Assembly (NCBI GenBank): GCA_024276825.1
Contig: JAJRWI010000033.1
Span: forward strand, 90,614 to 154,613
Direction: 5' to 3'
Source: an archaeon
Lineage (GTDB): Archaea > Asgardarchaeota > Thorarchaeia > Thorarchaeales > Thorarchaeaceae
DNA: 64,000 bases
Shown here: positions 50,117 to 59,665 of the stretch, one piece after another
Layout: each line of letters begins with the position of its first letter
Position numbering within the stretch: position 1 is the first letter of the stretch
Translations under genes and position numbers: made by a program
Notes under the pieces: model-generated
What the model saw: only the letters and a program-made list of their open reading frames with translations
What the model was told of the DNA's origin: nothing
Databases searched by the model: none

Positions 50117-51373
50117 ATGGTTGATTACAAAGTAAAAGACATTAGCTTAGCTGAAGAAGGCCGAATGTTGATAGACTATGCTGAGAAACATATGCCAGTT
50201 CTCATGCATCTTAGAGAGAAATATTCAGAGTCCAAACCTCTCAAGGGAATGAGGATCTCAGGATGCCTACACGTGACCAAAGAAACCGCGGTCCTTGTAG
50301 AAACCCTGCGAGCATGCGGTGCCCAAGTCGCGTGGTCTGGATGCAATCCCTTGTCCACCAATGACAAGGTCGCTGCAGCACTGGCAGCAAATGATATTCC
50401 AGTCTTTGCATGGCATGGTCTCAGTAAGGATGAATATTACTGGTGCATTGAGCAGACCCTAAAGATTGAGCCCACCCTCACCCTTGATGATGGTGCAGAC
50501 CTTATCTTCACACTGCACAATAAGCGTGATGACCTAATTCCTAACCTCTATGGCGGTTCTGAAGAAACAACAACAGGGGTCATTAGAGTCAGGGCAATGG
50601 CTGAGGATGGTGCACTAAAGTATCCAATCATGGCCGTGAATGATGCCCAGACCAAGCACATGTTTGACAATGTTTATGGCACTGGTCAGAGCTCATTTGA
50701 CGGTGTTTTAAGAGCCTCTGCAATACTAATTGCTGGCAAGACTGTTGTCATTGGCGGCTATGGCTACTGCGGCAGAGGGCTTGCTACTCGTGCAAAGGGT
50801 CTGGGTGCTGATGTCATTGTGACCGAGGTCGATCCGGTGAGGGCTCTTCAAGCAAGAATGGATGGCTACAGAGTCATGCCGATGAGCAAGGCGGCAAAGG
50901 AGGGTGACCTGTTCATCACAGCCACGGGAATGAAAGATGTGATCACTGGTGAACACATGAAGGTGATGAAGGATGGTGCAATCCTTGGAAATGCTGGACA
51001 TTACAATGTTGAGATCAATGAGCCCGATCTCATGGCAATGAGCAAGGGGAAGAAACGTGTCCGTCATGCTCTTGACGAGTATGAGTTGAAGGATGGTCGG
51101 AGAATATACCTGCTTGGCGAGGGGCGACTGGTGAACCTCGTGGCTGCTGAAGGGCATCCAAGCGAAGTCATGGACCTATCATTTGCTGGTCAATTGAATG
51201 CCATGATCTGGCTGGCCAAGAATGGCAAGGGTCTCAAGCCTGCAGTCTACGAGTTCCCTGAAGAGCTTGACAAGGAGACCGCCTTGGCAAAGTTGGAAAC
51301 CATGGGAATCAAGATTGACAAATGGACTCCTGAACAAGAGGCATATGCAAGGGCATATGCTGAAGGAACATAA
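50117..51373 (+). CDS. ahcY: Adenosylhomocysteinase
   Basis: CLHVTKET, CNPLST, LDDGADL, EETTTG, FDN.YGTGQS, GRLVNL..A.GHP. Confidence 0.98.
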   Translation: MVDYKVKDISLAEEGRMLIDYAEKHMPVLMHLREKYSESKPLKGMRISGCLHVTKETAVLVETLRACGAQVAWSGCNPLSTNDKVAAALAANDIPVFAWHGLSKDEYYWCIEQTLKIEPTLTLDDGADLIFTLHNKRDDLIPNLYGGSEETTTGVIRVRAMAEDGALKYPIMAVNDAQTKHMFDNVYGTGQSSFDGVLRASAILIAGKTVVIGGYGYCGRGLATRAKGLGADVIVTEVDPVRALQARMDGYRVMPMSKAAKEGDLFITATGMKDVITGEHMKVMKDGAILGNAGHYNVEINEPDLMAMSKGKKRVRHALDEYELKDGRRIYLLGEGRLVNLVAAEGHPSEVMDLSFAGQLNAMIWLAKNGKGLKPAVYEFPEELDKETALAKLETMGIKIDKWTPEQEAYARAYAEGT

Positions 51374-51416
51374 GTGTGGAGAATTAATCTCCCACCTCTT
51401 CTTTTTTATCACAGAA

Positions 51417-51881
51417 TTATTTGCTAAGCATTTCTACAATAGACCTTGCAAAATCATGAGCTCGCTGAATCTCATCATCTGCGAGAGGACCACGAGGTCC
51501 CTTGACCTTTGCAGAAAAGCCCTCTGTCAAGACTCTTACCACTGGAATCTTGTCTTTGATATAGGCCTCTAGTTTAGACTGTGCGATGCTCTTGTTGCCT
51601 CCAGTATATGTATCGAAAGTGGTGAACCTCTTTCCCTCCAGATTTACAATCGCTGCCCGATCAATGAAATGGAGTAGATTGGCAGCGGGTTCCTGATTAT
51701 GATTGGGGCATCCAAATAATATGACATCATACTCTCCAAGTTCATCAGTATGAATCTCATCTGGCTTCTTGACAACGCACTTGATGTTCTCATTCCTATC
51801 GAGTACCTCAGCCATTGCTTCGGCAATCTTCTTCGTATTACCATATACACTCTCATAGACTATAATGACCTTCATCATCAC
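51417..51881 (-). CDS. Flavodoxin-like protein
   Basis: VYESVYGNTKKIAE, FGCP, FDTY. Confidence 0.9.
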   Translation of the reverse strand: MMMKVIIVYESVYGNTKKIAEAMAEVLDRNENIKCVVKKPDEIHTDELGEYDVILFGCPNHNQEPAANLLHFIDRAAIVNLEGKRFTTFDTYTGGNKSIAQSKLEAYIKDKIPVVRVLTEGFSAKVKGPRGPLADDEIQRAHDFARSIVEMLSK

Positions 51882-51950
51882 TCAATCAGGAGTTATATTG
51901 TTTTCTTTTATTTGAATTGGTATAAAGAAGCCATCTGCTTGATTAGAACT

Positions 51951-52597
51951 ATGACAATCAGCAGAGATTTCAACCAGGATGTCTATTCTCAATACATTCG
52001 ATCTCGACTTGAAAAACAAATCGAGTTCATTGCGGAGATTGACAAGGCTAAGCGGGTGATACGTCAGACCTCATTGATGGACGGGTCTCGCCAAGAGAAT
52101 GATGCAGAGCACTCATGGCACATCGCACTCATGGCGTTGATTCTATCAGAGTATACTAATGAGCCTATTGATGTTCTAAATGTCATCAAGATGTTATTGA
52201 TTCACGATCTTGGTGAGATTGATGCAGGTGATGTCTTTGTCTATGACAAGGACGCAGATCTGAGTGAGAAGCATAGGCGTGAGCAAGTAGCCGCTTCTAG
52301 GATTTTTGGTCTACTGCCAGAAGATCAGGCTGAAGACTTTTTGCACGCATGGAATGAGTTTGAGGAGCAAAAGACCCCTGAGGCAAAGTTTGCAAAGGCC
52401 CTTGATGGCTTACAGCCGGTACTTCAAGGCTTCTTTAACAAAGGCTGGTCATGGCATACTCATCACATTCAAATGGAACAGGTCTTGAAAAAGAAAAAGC
52501 CGATAAGAACGGCTCTCTCTCATTGTGGGAGTTCACAAGAGACCTAATTGCAAAGGCAAATGAGAATGGTTATTTCTTTAATGAAGAATCAGGATGA
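51951..52597 (+). CDS. HD-domain hydrolase (HDDC2/YfbR-like) with a frameshift near 52506
   Basis: RQENDAEHSW, LIHDLGEIDAGD, EAKFAKALD; family-like tail GSLSLWEFTRDLIAKANENGYF lies in the -1 frame. Confidence 0.85.
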
Positions 52598-52650
52598 TGC
52601 CCCGACGCAAACTATTAAGACACTTTACAGACCAGTTCTCTATGATTGCG

Positions 52651-52998
52651 ATGGTAACCGCTAGTGAAGTCTTTGAAGCATTGAAACCAGTGATGGACCC
52701 AGAACATCCTGTTTCAATCACTGATCCCCGACTGGGAATTGTCACACCAGAAGGAATCAAAGTAGATGATGACCTGATCCAAGTTCGTTTCAAGCCTACC
52801 GTGGCCACCTGCCCAATGGGTGGTCTTATTGGCGTTCTTATCAGATACCATCTTGAGAAAGAGTATCCAGACGCCAAGATTGTTGTCAAACTCATTCCGG
52901 GGACTCACGTTTCTGAGGATGCAGTGAACAACATGATTAACAACAATGATCAATATAACAACATAATCGAGCAGATGCAACAGCGTGGTATGATCTAG
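52651..52998 (+). CDS. DUF59/MIP18 (CIA2-like) Fe-S targeting protein
   Basis: DPEHP, FKPTVATCPMGGLIG..IR, PGTHVSEDAVN. Confidence 0.85.
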   Translation: MVTASEVFEALKPVMDPEHPVSITDPRLGIVTPEGIKVDDDLIQVRFKPTVATCPMGGLIGVLIRYHLEKEYPDAKIVVKLIPGTHVSEDAVNNMINNNDQYNNIIEQMQQRGMI

Positions 52999-53012
52999 GT
53001 TGCAAGCCTTAC

Positions 53013-53498
53013 TCACAAGAGAATCAGACCTGAAGTCGTCATTCGATATCTCCTAAGCCTGTCAGTTATCCATGGGTATCTGCTCAACCAATTAAGAAAC
53101 CTGTCATTTGACACGATATCCGCATTCAATCTCTGAGCCATTTGGATTATCAACAAGTCATCGTCCGTACCTGGCTTGGCTTCTATTACATTACCCGCAT
53201 TAATGAGATCCTGAAGTGTCATTGGCCTGTCAATCTTGTGCTTTAAGGCCGCAGATGTGACGACAACGGGCTGGAGCCGCACTGATCTTAGACTGTTAAT
53301 TGCAAGGATTATATTATGGATATGAGGGAGATTATCATATGAAAGATAGTAGGCCACATTGCTTCCGTCAACAATGACTCTACTTCTTGAAACCCGTGTG
53401 ACATTCTTTATGCGGGCTCTGCATCTAAAGATATGATCATCTAACTTGTCAATTGAAAAAAGCTTGTCACAATGCGGACATCTTGCACGTTTGGGCAA
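53013..53498 (-). CDS. C2HC zinc finger plus Zc3h12a/Regnase-type PIN RNase
   Basis: CPHC-x11-H-x3-C; IVDGSNVA, DDDLLII, IVSNDRF. Confidence 0.85.
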   Translation of the reverse strand: MPKRARCPHCDKLFSIDKLDDHIFRCRARIKNVTRVSRSRVIVDGSNVAYYLSYDNLPHIHNIILAINSLRSVRLQPVVVTSAALKHKIDRPMTLQDLINAGNVIEAKPGTDDDLLIIQMAQRLNADIVSNDRFLNWLSRYPWITDRLRRYRMTTSGLILL

Positions 53499-53693
53499 AA
53501 CTCTGTCGCTCCTTGAGCTGTTCTGATGATATGCTGTCTGAATTTGTGTTGCCTGCCAATCACTGAATTTGTCAGGCGTCTAGGTTCAAAACTGATCTAT
53601 TATTCTATAAACATAACTTGGTCGGATTGTCATCCATTGACCATCTGGCAATTTGAATTTAGATCTGGATGTTTCAGTAAGATGAAGCCAAGA

Positions 53694-54989
53694 TCATCCA
53701 ATGAACAAAGTCAGAAGCAAAAACCATCCTGTGCCAATTCCCAACATCATAAATCCAAGTGGTGTCGCCAGTCTTGCAAAGTCTGCCAATCTGATTGGCT
53801 TGTGTTCCTTTTCAGACATTGCAAGAACCAAGATATTTGCGGGAGACCCTATTGGAAGGACAAAGCCCCCAATATTCACAGCAAACATGAGGGCTAGCGG
53901 CAACAGTGGGCTCAGTGATGCATATTGAACTGCAATAGGAGCAAGCACTGCAGAAATAGGAATGTTATCAATCACTGCTGACAACAATCCCGGGACCCAG
54001 ATCATGAATATAATTCCAAGTTCTCTGGACCCTTCAATCAGTCCACCAACAAACACTGCCAACTCATCAATGATTCCAGTTATTTCCAGAGCAGCGACAA
54101 GTCCAAACAGTCCGACGAGAAAGAACACGGTGCCCCAGTTGACCCTTTTAAGAATGTCATCCACCCACTCTCTAGTTATCAGAAGGAGTATGGAAGCAAC
54201 TATAATGGCAATCAGTGATGGTTGAAATCCGAACGAGTGCCCCATTGTAAACCCAACAATCAAAATCACCATGGCAATGACTGATGCATAGAAGTCCTTC
54301 CTTGAATGAATCATCTGAGTTGGGTCAATCCATAACATCTGCTCTACCAGCTCATCTTCAACAGGCACCAACATTGACTTAAAGTATCTCAACATAATAG
54401 GCAGAGAGATCATGAACAGACCTATTGAAAGGGGCATCATTACAATGAACATGAATCCTTGGTCCAATGTTGCCACATTGGCAGTCCTTTCTGCAATAAC
54501 TAGGTTTGGAACAGCACCGACGATTGTTGGTATTGATGCAAAATTGCACGTGATGGCCTCGGATATGAGAAACGGGCGAAAGTCAAGGTCCATGGCCTTA
54601 CATATCTCAATGGTCAGGGGAGCCACCACAAGTATTGTTGATACTGTATCAAAGAATAATGAGATACCAAACACGAATACTAGAAATGTGATGAACAATT
54701 TCTTAGAATCGCCACGTGTTGGCTTTGTCAACTCAAGGGCAATATATTGAAACATTCCAGAACCTGCAGCCACAGTTACTATGATCATCATGCTCGTGAC
54801 AAACAAGACTGTGTGCCACTCAACATGCTCCACAATTGTTGAAAATGTGCCTGAACCACTTGCTACAAGAATGACTCCAACGACGCCCATTCCAAGCAAT
54901 GATGTTGCAGTACGGTTTACCTTCTCAGAGCTGATTGCAACATAGGTCAAGATGAACACAACCAATACCATTCCTGAAATGAAGTCCAT
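53694..54989 (-). CDS. ArsB/NhaD (P-protein-like) ion transporter
   Basis: SAVIDNIP, NIGG..LPIGSPAN; ~11 TM. Confidence 0.9.
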   Translation of the reverse strand: MDFISGMVLVVFILTYVAISSEKVNRTATSLLGMGVVGVILVASGSGTFSTIVEHVEWHTVLFVTSMMIIVTVAAGSGMFQYIALELTKPTRGDSKKLFITFLVFVFGISLFFDTVSTILVVAPLTIEICKAMDLDFRPFLISEAITCNFASIPTIVGAVPNLVIAERTANVATLDQGFMFIVMMPLSIGLFMISLPIMLRYFKSMLVPVEDELVEQMLWIDPTQMIHSRKDFYASVIAMVILIVGFTMGHSFGFQPSLIAIIVASILLLITREWVDDILKRVNWGTVFFLVGLFGLVAALEITGIIDELAVFVGGLIEGSRELGIIFMIWVPGLLSAVIDNIPISAVLAPIAVQYASLSPLLPLALMFAVNIGGFVLPIGSPANILVLAMSEKEHKPIRLADFARLATPLGFMMLGIGTGWFLLLTLFIG

Positions 54990-55016
54990 GGCGATTCCTC
55001 CTGTGGCATTATGCGT

Positions 55017-56471
55017 TCATTCTAGACTTCTGCGATTTGATATCAGATATTCATCTCTTCTTTCTGCAATTGTTTCCTTGAAATATGGCACTATTAATAA
55101 TATGAGACCAACAATGGCAATGCCCATCCCTGCAATGAATAGTATTAGTACTCCCACTATCATGATCAATAGTAGCCAAATTGAGCCTATCGCTAGATGC
55201 ACAATCCCAAGAAGTGTGCCTATTTTCACAAACTCCATGAAAATAATTGGGTCATGCTCCTTCTCTGAAAAGCCAATTGCGACCATATTGGCTGGCGATC
55301 CCAAAGGTGTAAAGATGTAGCCGCCTATGTTCACAGCAAATACAAGTGCCAATGGCAATACAGGACTCACATCAATGAACCGTACTGCAATTGGTGCCAG
55401 AACTGCTGATACTGGCAGATTATCCAGAAATGCAGACAACATCGCAGGTATCCATACCATAAACACAGTTGCGATATTTGCGTCAGTTCCGATTATCCCT
55501 TCAATGCCATTTGCCAAGTCGTCAATCAGTCCTGCCACTCCCAATGCCACAACAAGGCCGAAGAGCCCCACTAGAAAGAACACAGTGTCCCATCCAACCT
55601 CAGTCAAAAACTTGTTTGCTCTGTCATGAGAAAGGATTAGCATGAATGCTGCAATTACCAATGCAAACATGGGCGGCGCAAGACCAAGAGTTGGCCCTAG
55701 AGCAAACCCAATAATGAGAATAATGATTGCAATCACAGACGCATAGAAGTCGCGTTTTGACTTGATCATATGAGCAGGGTCAATATCAAACAGGGCCTCA
55801 ACCCGATGTCTATCAGTGACTCCAAAAGTCTTGGAGTACCATTTTAACAGAATTGGTAGAGAAACCAGAAACAGGATTAGAGCCAGTGGCATGAATGCTA
55901 CGAACAGAAGACCAGCATCAAGATCAGTTCGTCCTGCAATAACAAGGTTGGGCACAGCACCAACTATTGATGGAATTGACGCAAAGTTGCATGTTATCGC
56001 CTCTGAAACCAAAAACGGCTTGAAATCAATCTCTAAAGCTCGACAGACTTCTATGGTCAATGGCGACATGATTAACATTGTAGAAACCGTATCAAAGAAC
56101 AGACTGATTCCAAACACGAAGAATAAGAAGGTGATATAGAGCCTCTTATGATCTCCACCACTGGGTCTCACAAGACGTAATGCAACATATTGAAACATCC
56201 CTGAGGCCCCAGCAACAGCAACAATAATCATCATACTTGTGACGAACAGTACAGTGTCCCATTCAATACGAAGTGCCAACTCTGCAAAGGGACTATGTTC
56301 CCACCCTTCAGTGACTGGGTGATGAAGAACAGAGGCGGCCCAGAATACAAACCCAATGATTCCCATTCCAAACAGTGACATGCCCGTTCTGTTGATCTTC
56401 TCTGTACTGATAACGAGATATGTGCCAATGAATATTGCAAGTACAGTTAATCCAAACCAATCAAGGGCCAC
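55017..56471 (-). CDS. ArsB/NhaD transporter paralog
   Basis: SAFLDNLP, NIGG.FTPLGSPAN; long near-identical blocks with the neighbour. Confidence 0.9.
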   Translation of the reverse strand: MALDWFGLTVLAIFIGTYLVISTEKINRTGMSLFGMGIIGFVFWAASVLHHPVTEGWEHSPFAELALRIEWDTVLFVTSMMIIVAVAGASGMFQYVALRLVRPSGGDHKRLYITFLFFVFGISLFFDTVSTMLIMSPLTIEVCRALEIDFKPFLVSEAITCNFASIPSIVGAVPNLVIAGRTDLDAGLLFVAFMPLALILFLVSLPILLKWYSKTFGVTDRHRVEALFDIDPAHMIKSKRDFYASVIAIIILIIGFALGPTLGLAPPMFALVIAAFMLILSHDRANKFLTEVGWDTVFFLVGLFGLVVALGVAGLIDDLANGIEGIIGTDANIATVFMVWIPAMLSAFLDNLPVSAVLAPIAVRFIDVSPVLPLALVFAVNIGGYIFTPLGSPANMVAIGFSEKEHDPIIFMEFVKIGTLLGIVHLAIGSIWLLLIMIVGVLILFIAGMGIAIVGLILLIVPYFKETIAERRDEYLISNRRSLE

Positions 56472-56568
56472 TTCTGCTCACCATAGTAATCATGTCTTTG
56501 GCCTGTCTATCCAGACCTATTTGATATGCTCAAAGTAAGTCCAACTCTTTAATCTGTCGCAAAAATCG

Positions 56569-57468
56569 CTAGAATTGATATGGTAAGCCAGCACAGATGT
56601 CGCCTTTGACAAACTCGATAATGTCAACATTACCTTGTTTGATCTCGACTAGGGCCACTGCATCATGTACGAGTTTCTCATAGTTTCCATCATCAGGACG
56701 TCCATAGCCCAAGGAAACAGTCATTGCAGTTATACCCTCTATGTGCACAAGATTTCTGATGTGGCTATGACCTGAGATTGTCAATTTCACCCTTTTGTAC
56801 TCCATCAGGATCTTGCCAGTACTTACAGCCCCCATATAGGCTGAGTAGAAGTCCCATGGCAGCCTGTATTTGTATATTGTAAGTTCTCTAAAAGGGAGAT
56901 GATGTGAAGCATACACAACATGTTCCACATTCTCGGGAAGCGTCGCAAGGTCATATGCTAGCTTCTTGTTGAAGAGATCAGTGGCCTCTTTATCAGTAAA
57001 TGTCCAGTCAATATAGAAGTAATCGTTCCACACAGCTCCCTTGTAATGCTTTGTTTCATATGCTTCCTCAGGAATTCTGAGTTCCTCTCGCCTGAAGGAA
57101 TAGTCTGACCAGCCAATACTGCCAACAAATGCAATGTTGTTTACAACAGTCGGAGAATCAGGCAAGTGAATGAACCCATTCTTCTTGCAGGTCTCCCCTA
57201 TCAAGCGAGCATACTTTTCAAGAGAACTCCACCCCTTCTCCTTCTCAAACCACACATCGTGATTTCCTGCAACATACATATTTGGAATGTCTGGGATATG
57301 AAGTTTGGAAAGGGTGTCATCAATCGTTTCCAGGTAGTGACTTATATCTCCAGCAATAACAAAAACATCTGGTTCGAGTTCCTCAACACGGTCTCTTAGA
57401 GTTCGGATTAGTTCATCATCCTTGTTATCGGACCTTATGTGAATGTCAGAGACCGCAGCAACTCTCAT
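56569..57468 (-). CDS. Calcineurin-like metallophosphoesterase
   Basis: SDIH, AGD, GNHD, HHLP, GHSH. Confidence 0.92.
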   Translation of the reverse strand: MRVAAVSDIHIRSDNKDDELIRTLRDRVEELEPDVFVIAGDISHYLETIDDTLSKLHIPDIPNMYVAGNHDVWFEKEKGWSSLEKYARLIGETCKKNGFIHLPDSPTVVNNIAFVGSIGWSDYSFRREELRIPEEAYETKHYKGAVWNDYFYIDWTFTDKEATDLFNKKLAYDLATLPENVEHVVYASHHLPFRELTIYKYRLPWDFYSAYMGAVSTGKILMEYKRVKLTISGHSHIRNLVHIEGITAMTVSLGYGRPDDGNYEKLVHDAVALVEIKQGNVDIIEFVKGDICAGLPYQF

Positions 57469-57604
57469 ATAATACCTCTCCCAGGTCACGATTTGCTGGG
57501 CTTAATCCCGCAAAGAAGGTTTCGGCCTGCGATGTCGCAACCAATGCGTTGATATTTGATGATGCCACTCTTCTTAAACTAACAATCTCGTGGATGAGTT
57601 TAAC

Positions 57605-59254
57605 ATGACCAATCAGATTCGAGCTGAAAAGATTGCAACTTCTGACCTTTCAGGTGTGAAAATAGTTGATGATCCTGAAGAGATTACTGACACATATGCC
57701 CTCTACCTAGATGATGAGAGTCACTCCTTTGACGGGAAGACCGAGAGGATACTATTTCCCTCTACTGAGAACGATATAGCTACTATTCTGAGTGATGCTA
57801 TGCAGAATGCGACTCCAGTCACAATCCAGGGCGCACGTACTGGTCTAACTGGGGGTGCAGTTCCTCTTGGCGGGATAACTATCAATCTGGAGAAGATGAA
57901 CTCGTTACTCTACATGAACTATTATCCAGAGAAGGATATGTTTTCAATCACCGCACAGGCGGGGGTCTTACTTGAGGACCTTGTCAAGGCGGTTATCACT
58001 AAGGACCTCTCGGAACTTGAAGGTAAGGGGTCATCCGAGCAACAAGACGCCCTTCAAAAGTTTCTTGCTGATGGCAGAGAGTTCATATTTCCTGTTGACC
58101 CGACTGAAACGAGCGCTTGGCTTGGTGGAATCACTGCTTGCAACGCTTCTGGTGCAAGGACCTTCAAATATGGTGCAGTGCGCGACTGGGTACTTAGAAT
58201 CCGCATGGTCTTAATGAACGGTGAAGTTCTAGATATCAGGCGGGGCTCAGTCATTGCTGAGAATGGCAAGTTCGAGATAATCAACAGTGATGGTTTTATC
58301 ACCGAGGTCACCGTGCCAACTTACAGAATGCCTCCAACGAAGAATGCTGCAGGGCTTTATGCTAAGCCCAATATGGACCTGATTGACCTTTTTATTGGTT
58401 CAGAGGGCATCCTGGGAGTCATCACTGAAGTGGAACTCGGGCTCGTGGCACTTCCAGAAAGCATGATGACTGTAATGGCATTCTTCCCAAGCGAGAAGGA
58501 TGCAGTAGACTTTGTCTATGAGATCAGGGCTCCAGACTCCCCTGTCCAGATGGAGTTTCTCGAATATTTTGGCCCCAATGCATTGAAGATCATCCGCGAG
58601 AAAGCCAGTTCTGCAGGTATCAAGGTCCCTGCCCTCACAGACGCCACTCAGGCAATAGTCTTCTTTGAGTTTGCATTCACCGACGAGGACATGGAAGAAA
58701 AGGTCATGGCCTTGGAGATGGTGCTTAACAATCACAATTCATCCTCCGAGTCCAGTTGGGCAGGCCTTGACAGGACAGAGCTTGAAAAGATGAAGACAGT
58801 CCGCCATTTTGTTCCTGAAACAGTCAATGCCACAATTGCCATGAGAAAGGCACAGTATCATGAGGTGCACAAGATTGGCACAGACATGGCGGTTCCAGAT
58901 GAAGCTCTACGTGAATACCTGAAGTTCTATCGCGACACCCTTGAAGAACAGGGCCTCGAGTATCTGGTCTGGGGCCATATTGGAAACAATCATCTTCATG
59001 TGAACATTCTCCCACGAAACCCCGCAGAAGTTGAGTTGGGAATGAAGGACTATATGATCTTTGCAAAGAAGGCAGTTGAACTCGGTGGGACCGTGGCTGC
59101 AGAGCATGGGATTGGCAAGCTCAAGAGGGACTTCCTCGTGTTGATGTATGGTGAGAAGGGCATCTCTGAGATGCAGGCTGTCAAGCGGGCCCTCGATCCC
59201 AAGTGGCTGCTTAACCGCGGAAACATGATCGCAGTGCCTGAGGAGTTCCAATGA
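57605..59254 (+). CDS. FAD-linked oxidase/dehydrogenase (GlcD / D-lactate dehydrogenase family)
   Basis: GARTGLTGG, NASGA, GSEGILG, GHIGNNHLH, AEHGIGKLK, DP..LN.G. Confidence 0.92.
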   Translation: MTNQIRAEKIATSDLSGVKIVDDPEEITDTYALYLDDESHSFDGKTERILFPSTENDIATILSDAMQNATPVTIQGARTGLTGGAVPLGGITINLEKMNSLLYMNYYPEKDMFSITAQAGVLLEDLVKAVITKDLSELEGKGSSEQQDALQKFLADGREFIFPVDPTETSAWLGGITACNASGARTFKYGAVRDWVLRIRMVLMNGEVLDIRRGSVIAENGKFEIINSDGFITEVTVPTYRMPPTKNAAGLYAKPNMDLIDLFIGSEGILGVITEVELGLVALPESMMTVMAFFPSEKDAVDFVYEIRAPDSPVQMEFLEYFGPNALKIIREKASSAGIKVPALTDATQAIVFFEFAFTDEDMEEKVMALEMVLNNHNSSSESSWAGLDRTELEKMKTVRHFVPETVNATIAMRKAQYHEVHKIGTDMAVPDEALREYLKFYRDTLEEQGLEYLVWGHIGNNHLHVNILPRNPAEVELGMKDYMIFAKKAVELGGTVAAEHGIGKLKRDFLVLMYGEKGISEMQAVKRALDPKWLLNRGNMIAVPEEFQ

Positions 59255-59271
59255 ATCACATTAATGCTGGC

Positions 59272-59559
59272 CTATGATATGGCCAGCGTTTCTACTCTTT
59301 TCATCTTGCTACATAGTTCGGGCTCCTCATTACAGAGCCTTCCGAGATCCTTAACTCCGAAGCTCTCCCAGAACTCTCTCATGATTTCACCTGAGTTCTC
59401 AGCATTAGCATGATGTCCATTATCAAGCAAGTCTTGAAGTCTTGTTACCAATTCGTCTTCAGACATCTTTCTGATTTTAACTCGTGCCCAGAAATCACAC
59501 ATCTTTCCCCTGCATGGTCCCTTAAACATGACACACCAAGACACTGCAGATCCACTCAC
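59272..59559 (-). CDS. Hypothetical Cys-motif protein
   Basis: WCVMFKGPCRGKMCDFW and LC..EPELC. Confidence 0.6.
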   Translation of the reverse strand: MSGSAVSWCVMFKGPCRGKMCDFWARVKIRKMSEDELVTRLQDLLDNGHHANAENSGEIMREFWESFGVKDLGRLCNEEPELCSKMKRVETLAIS

Positions 59560-59609
59560 TGGTCTGCAATGTTAGTAATATCTTAAGAGTTGCTCTAGAG
59601 CACTCATCT

Positions 59610-59648
59610 AAAAAAAGAGGGGGAAGCCCGACAAAAACGAGTCGGGCT
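59610..59648 (-). terminator. Hairpin plus T-tract after the protease gene
   Basis: AGCCCGAC-N8-GTCGGGCT stem; T7 downstream on the minus strand. Confidence 0.65.
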
Positions 59649-59665
59649 CTAAAGGCGAAACAAAT

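Noticed and set aside
53440-53498. UBZ4 ubiquitin-binding finger
   Set aside because: Spacing fits, but the key Asp of HLD is absent; a generic C2HC finger is more likely
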